Of a stretch of 64,000 nt of DNA, positions 62,603 through 64,000 are shown piece after piece. The notes under the pieces are model-generated. The model was given only the letters and a program-made list of their open reading frames with translations, was not told the DNA's origin and made no database searches. The position numbers were made by a program, and so were the translations under genes. This DNA comes from Octopus sinensis (lineage: Eukaryota): the NCBI RefSeq assembly GCF_006345805.1, contig NC_043024.1, forward strand, positions 1,550,001-1,614,000. The letters run 5' to 3'. Positions within the stretch are counted from its first letter, which is position 1. The number at the start of each line of letters is the position of its first letter.

Positions 62603-62763
62603 GTGGTGAAAGAGTACAGCAGGGATCACCACCCCTGCCGGAGCCTCGTAGAGCTTTTTTAGGTGTTTTTCGCTCAATAAAACACACAACGCCCGGTCTG
62701 AGAATCGAAACCGCGATCCTGCGACCGCGAGTCCGCTGCCCTAACACTGGGCCATTGCGCCTC
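62603..62763 (-). mobile_element. 5' part of the same tRNA-derived SINE family
   Basis: Reverse complement of the 14761 head through GTACTCTTTCACCAC. Confidence 0.8.
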
Positions 62764-63591
62764 TACTATTATTCACATCGCTTTTAATTATTCAAGCATT
62801 ATCTGGTAGCTTTAAGTTTCACTGACATGATTGCAAACAAAGACAGACAAAGGGACTAAATCGATTACATCGACCCAGTACTTAACTGGTACTTATTTAA
62901 TCGACCCCGAAAGGATGAAAGGCTAAGTCGACTCGGAAATGATGAACAATAAAATAAAACTGAAGAATGAACGTAAAATGCGTTTGCTTTTTGACAAAAA
63001 AATTTTTTAAAAAGACCATCCCAAAGTATAACTATATATAACTATGTGGAACTATATTAAGATAGGAGCACTGGTAGACTATGACACCAACTTTTGTGGT
63101 GGCAGCGATCCACACCCTGGGGAATCCAGCACACCCAAGAAGACATGGGCAAAACAGATGGAGGAGGAAGACCTAAAGTCACAGTGCCTCAATCTCAAGA
63201 TTATATATATATATATGTATATTACTCTTTACTTGTTTCAGTCATTTGACTGCGGCCATGCTGGAGCACCGCCTTTAATCGAGCAAATCGACCCCGGGAC
63301 TTGTTCTTTGTAAGCCCAGTACTTATTCTATCGGTCTCATTTTGCTGACGGGGACATAAACACACCAGCATCGGTTGTCAAGCAATGCTGGGGGGACAAA
63401 CCCAAACATACACGCACACACATACATACGACGGGCTTCTTTCAGTTTCCATCAACCAAATCCACTCACAAGGCTTTGGTGGGCCCGAGGCTATAGTAGA
63501 AGACACTTGACCAAGGTGCCATGCAGTGGGACTGAACCCGGAACTATGTGGTTGGTAAACGATCTACTTACCACACAGCCACTCCTGTGCC

Positions 63592-63623
<32 letters not shown>

Positions 63624-63648
63624 TATTAGAGAGAAACCAGTATGTGGA

Positions 63649-63755
63649 CACCCTTATGCTAGAAATAGATCCGCTATGGTCTTACCACTAAGAAATGTTC
63701 TCAAGAAAAATTTAGCAAAACAACCAATAGCGGATCTATTTCTAGCATAAGGGTG
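63649..63755. repeat. Perfect 29-bp inverted repeat around a 49-nt spacer (MITE-like)
   Basis: CACCCTTATGCTAGAAATAGATCCGCTAT (63649-63677) and ATAGCGGATCTATTTCTAGCATAAGGGTG (63727-63755). Confidence 0.85.
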
Positions 63756-64000
63756 GGATCTTTTCGGTTTGAACGGCAGTTTTTAACAATTTCCACGTAA
63801 CTAAACACTTTTAAACTTCTGTGCCGTATGAATATGTCCCTCGTTTAAGAAACAGATTGGGTTTATTTACATTTATGAAGAAAAAAAGAAACCCTTCTCC
63901 CTAACCCTAAAACAGATTGAAATGCAATAGATCGATACTAGGGTCATAATTATGGGAGACAATTTCATATGACACCGCTAGAAAAAACTGTATATATATA

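Overview
AT-rich, SINE- and microsatellite-dense animal genomic DNA. The repeat families look like those of Octopus (coleoid cephalopod); this is recognition from memory, not a search. The + strand carries the 3' part of an ARID2/BAF200 (PBAF subunit) gene. I reconstructed 18 GT-AG exons from 3320 to the TAG at 54250, all phase-compatible, giving about 2120 aa: end of the ARID domain, ARM-like region, RFX-type winged helix, a 4150-nt low-complexity exon, two C2H2-type fingers and the conserved EGPVTKHIRL C-terminus. The 5' exons lie upstream of the window. A convergent minus-strand terminal exon (62003-61755) encodes the C-terminal half of a SOUL/HEBP2-family heme-binding protein. Highlights: (1) a transposon-free island in the intron between the 41157-41501 and 52502-52593 exons, with a candidate 117-nt phase-0 cassette exon, an 18-nt phase-0 microexon followed by three UGCAUG motifs, and a possible 46-nt poison exon; (2) several minimal type-I hammerhead ribozyme motifs of the Penelope-associated kind, three with intact catalytic cores (two sense to the ARID2 pre-mRNA) and two with a mutated catalytic G; (3) an 82-nt intronic hairpin upstream of the giant exon. 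Exon and ribozyme coordinates were counted by hand; transposon boundaries are approximate.
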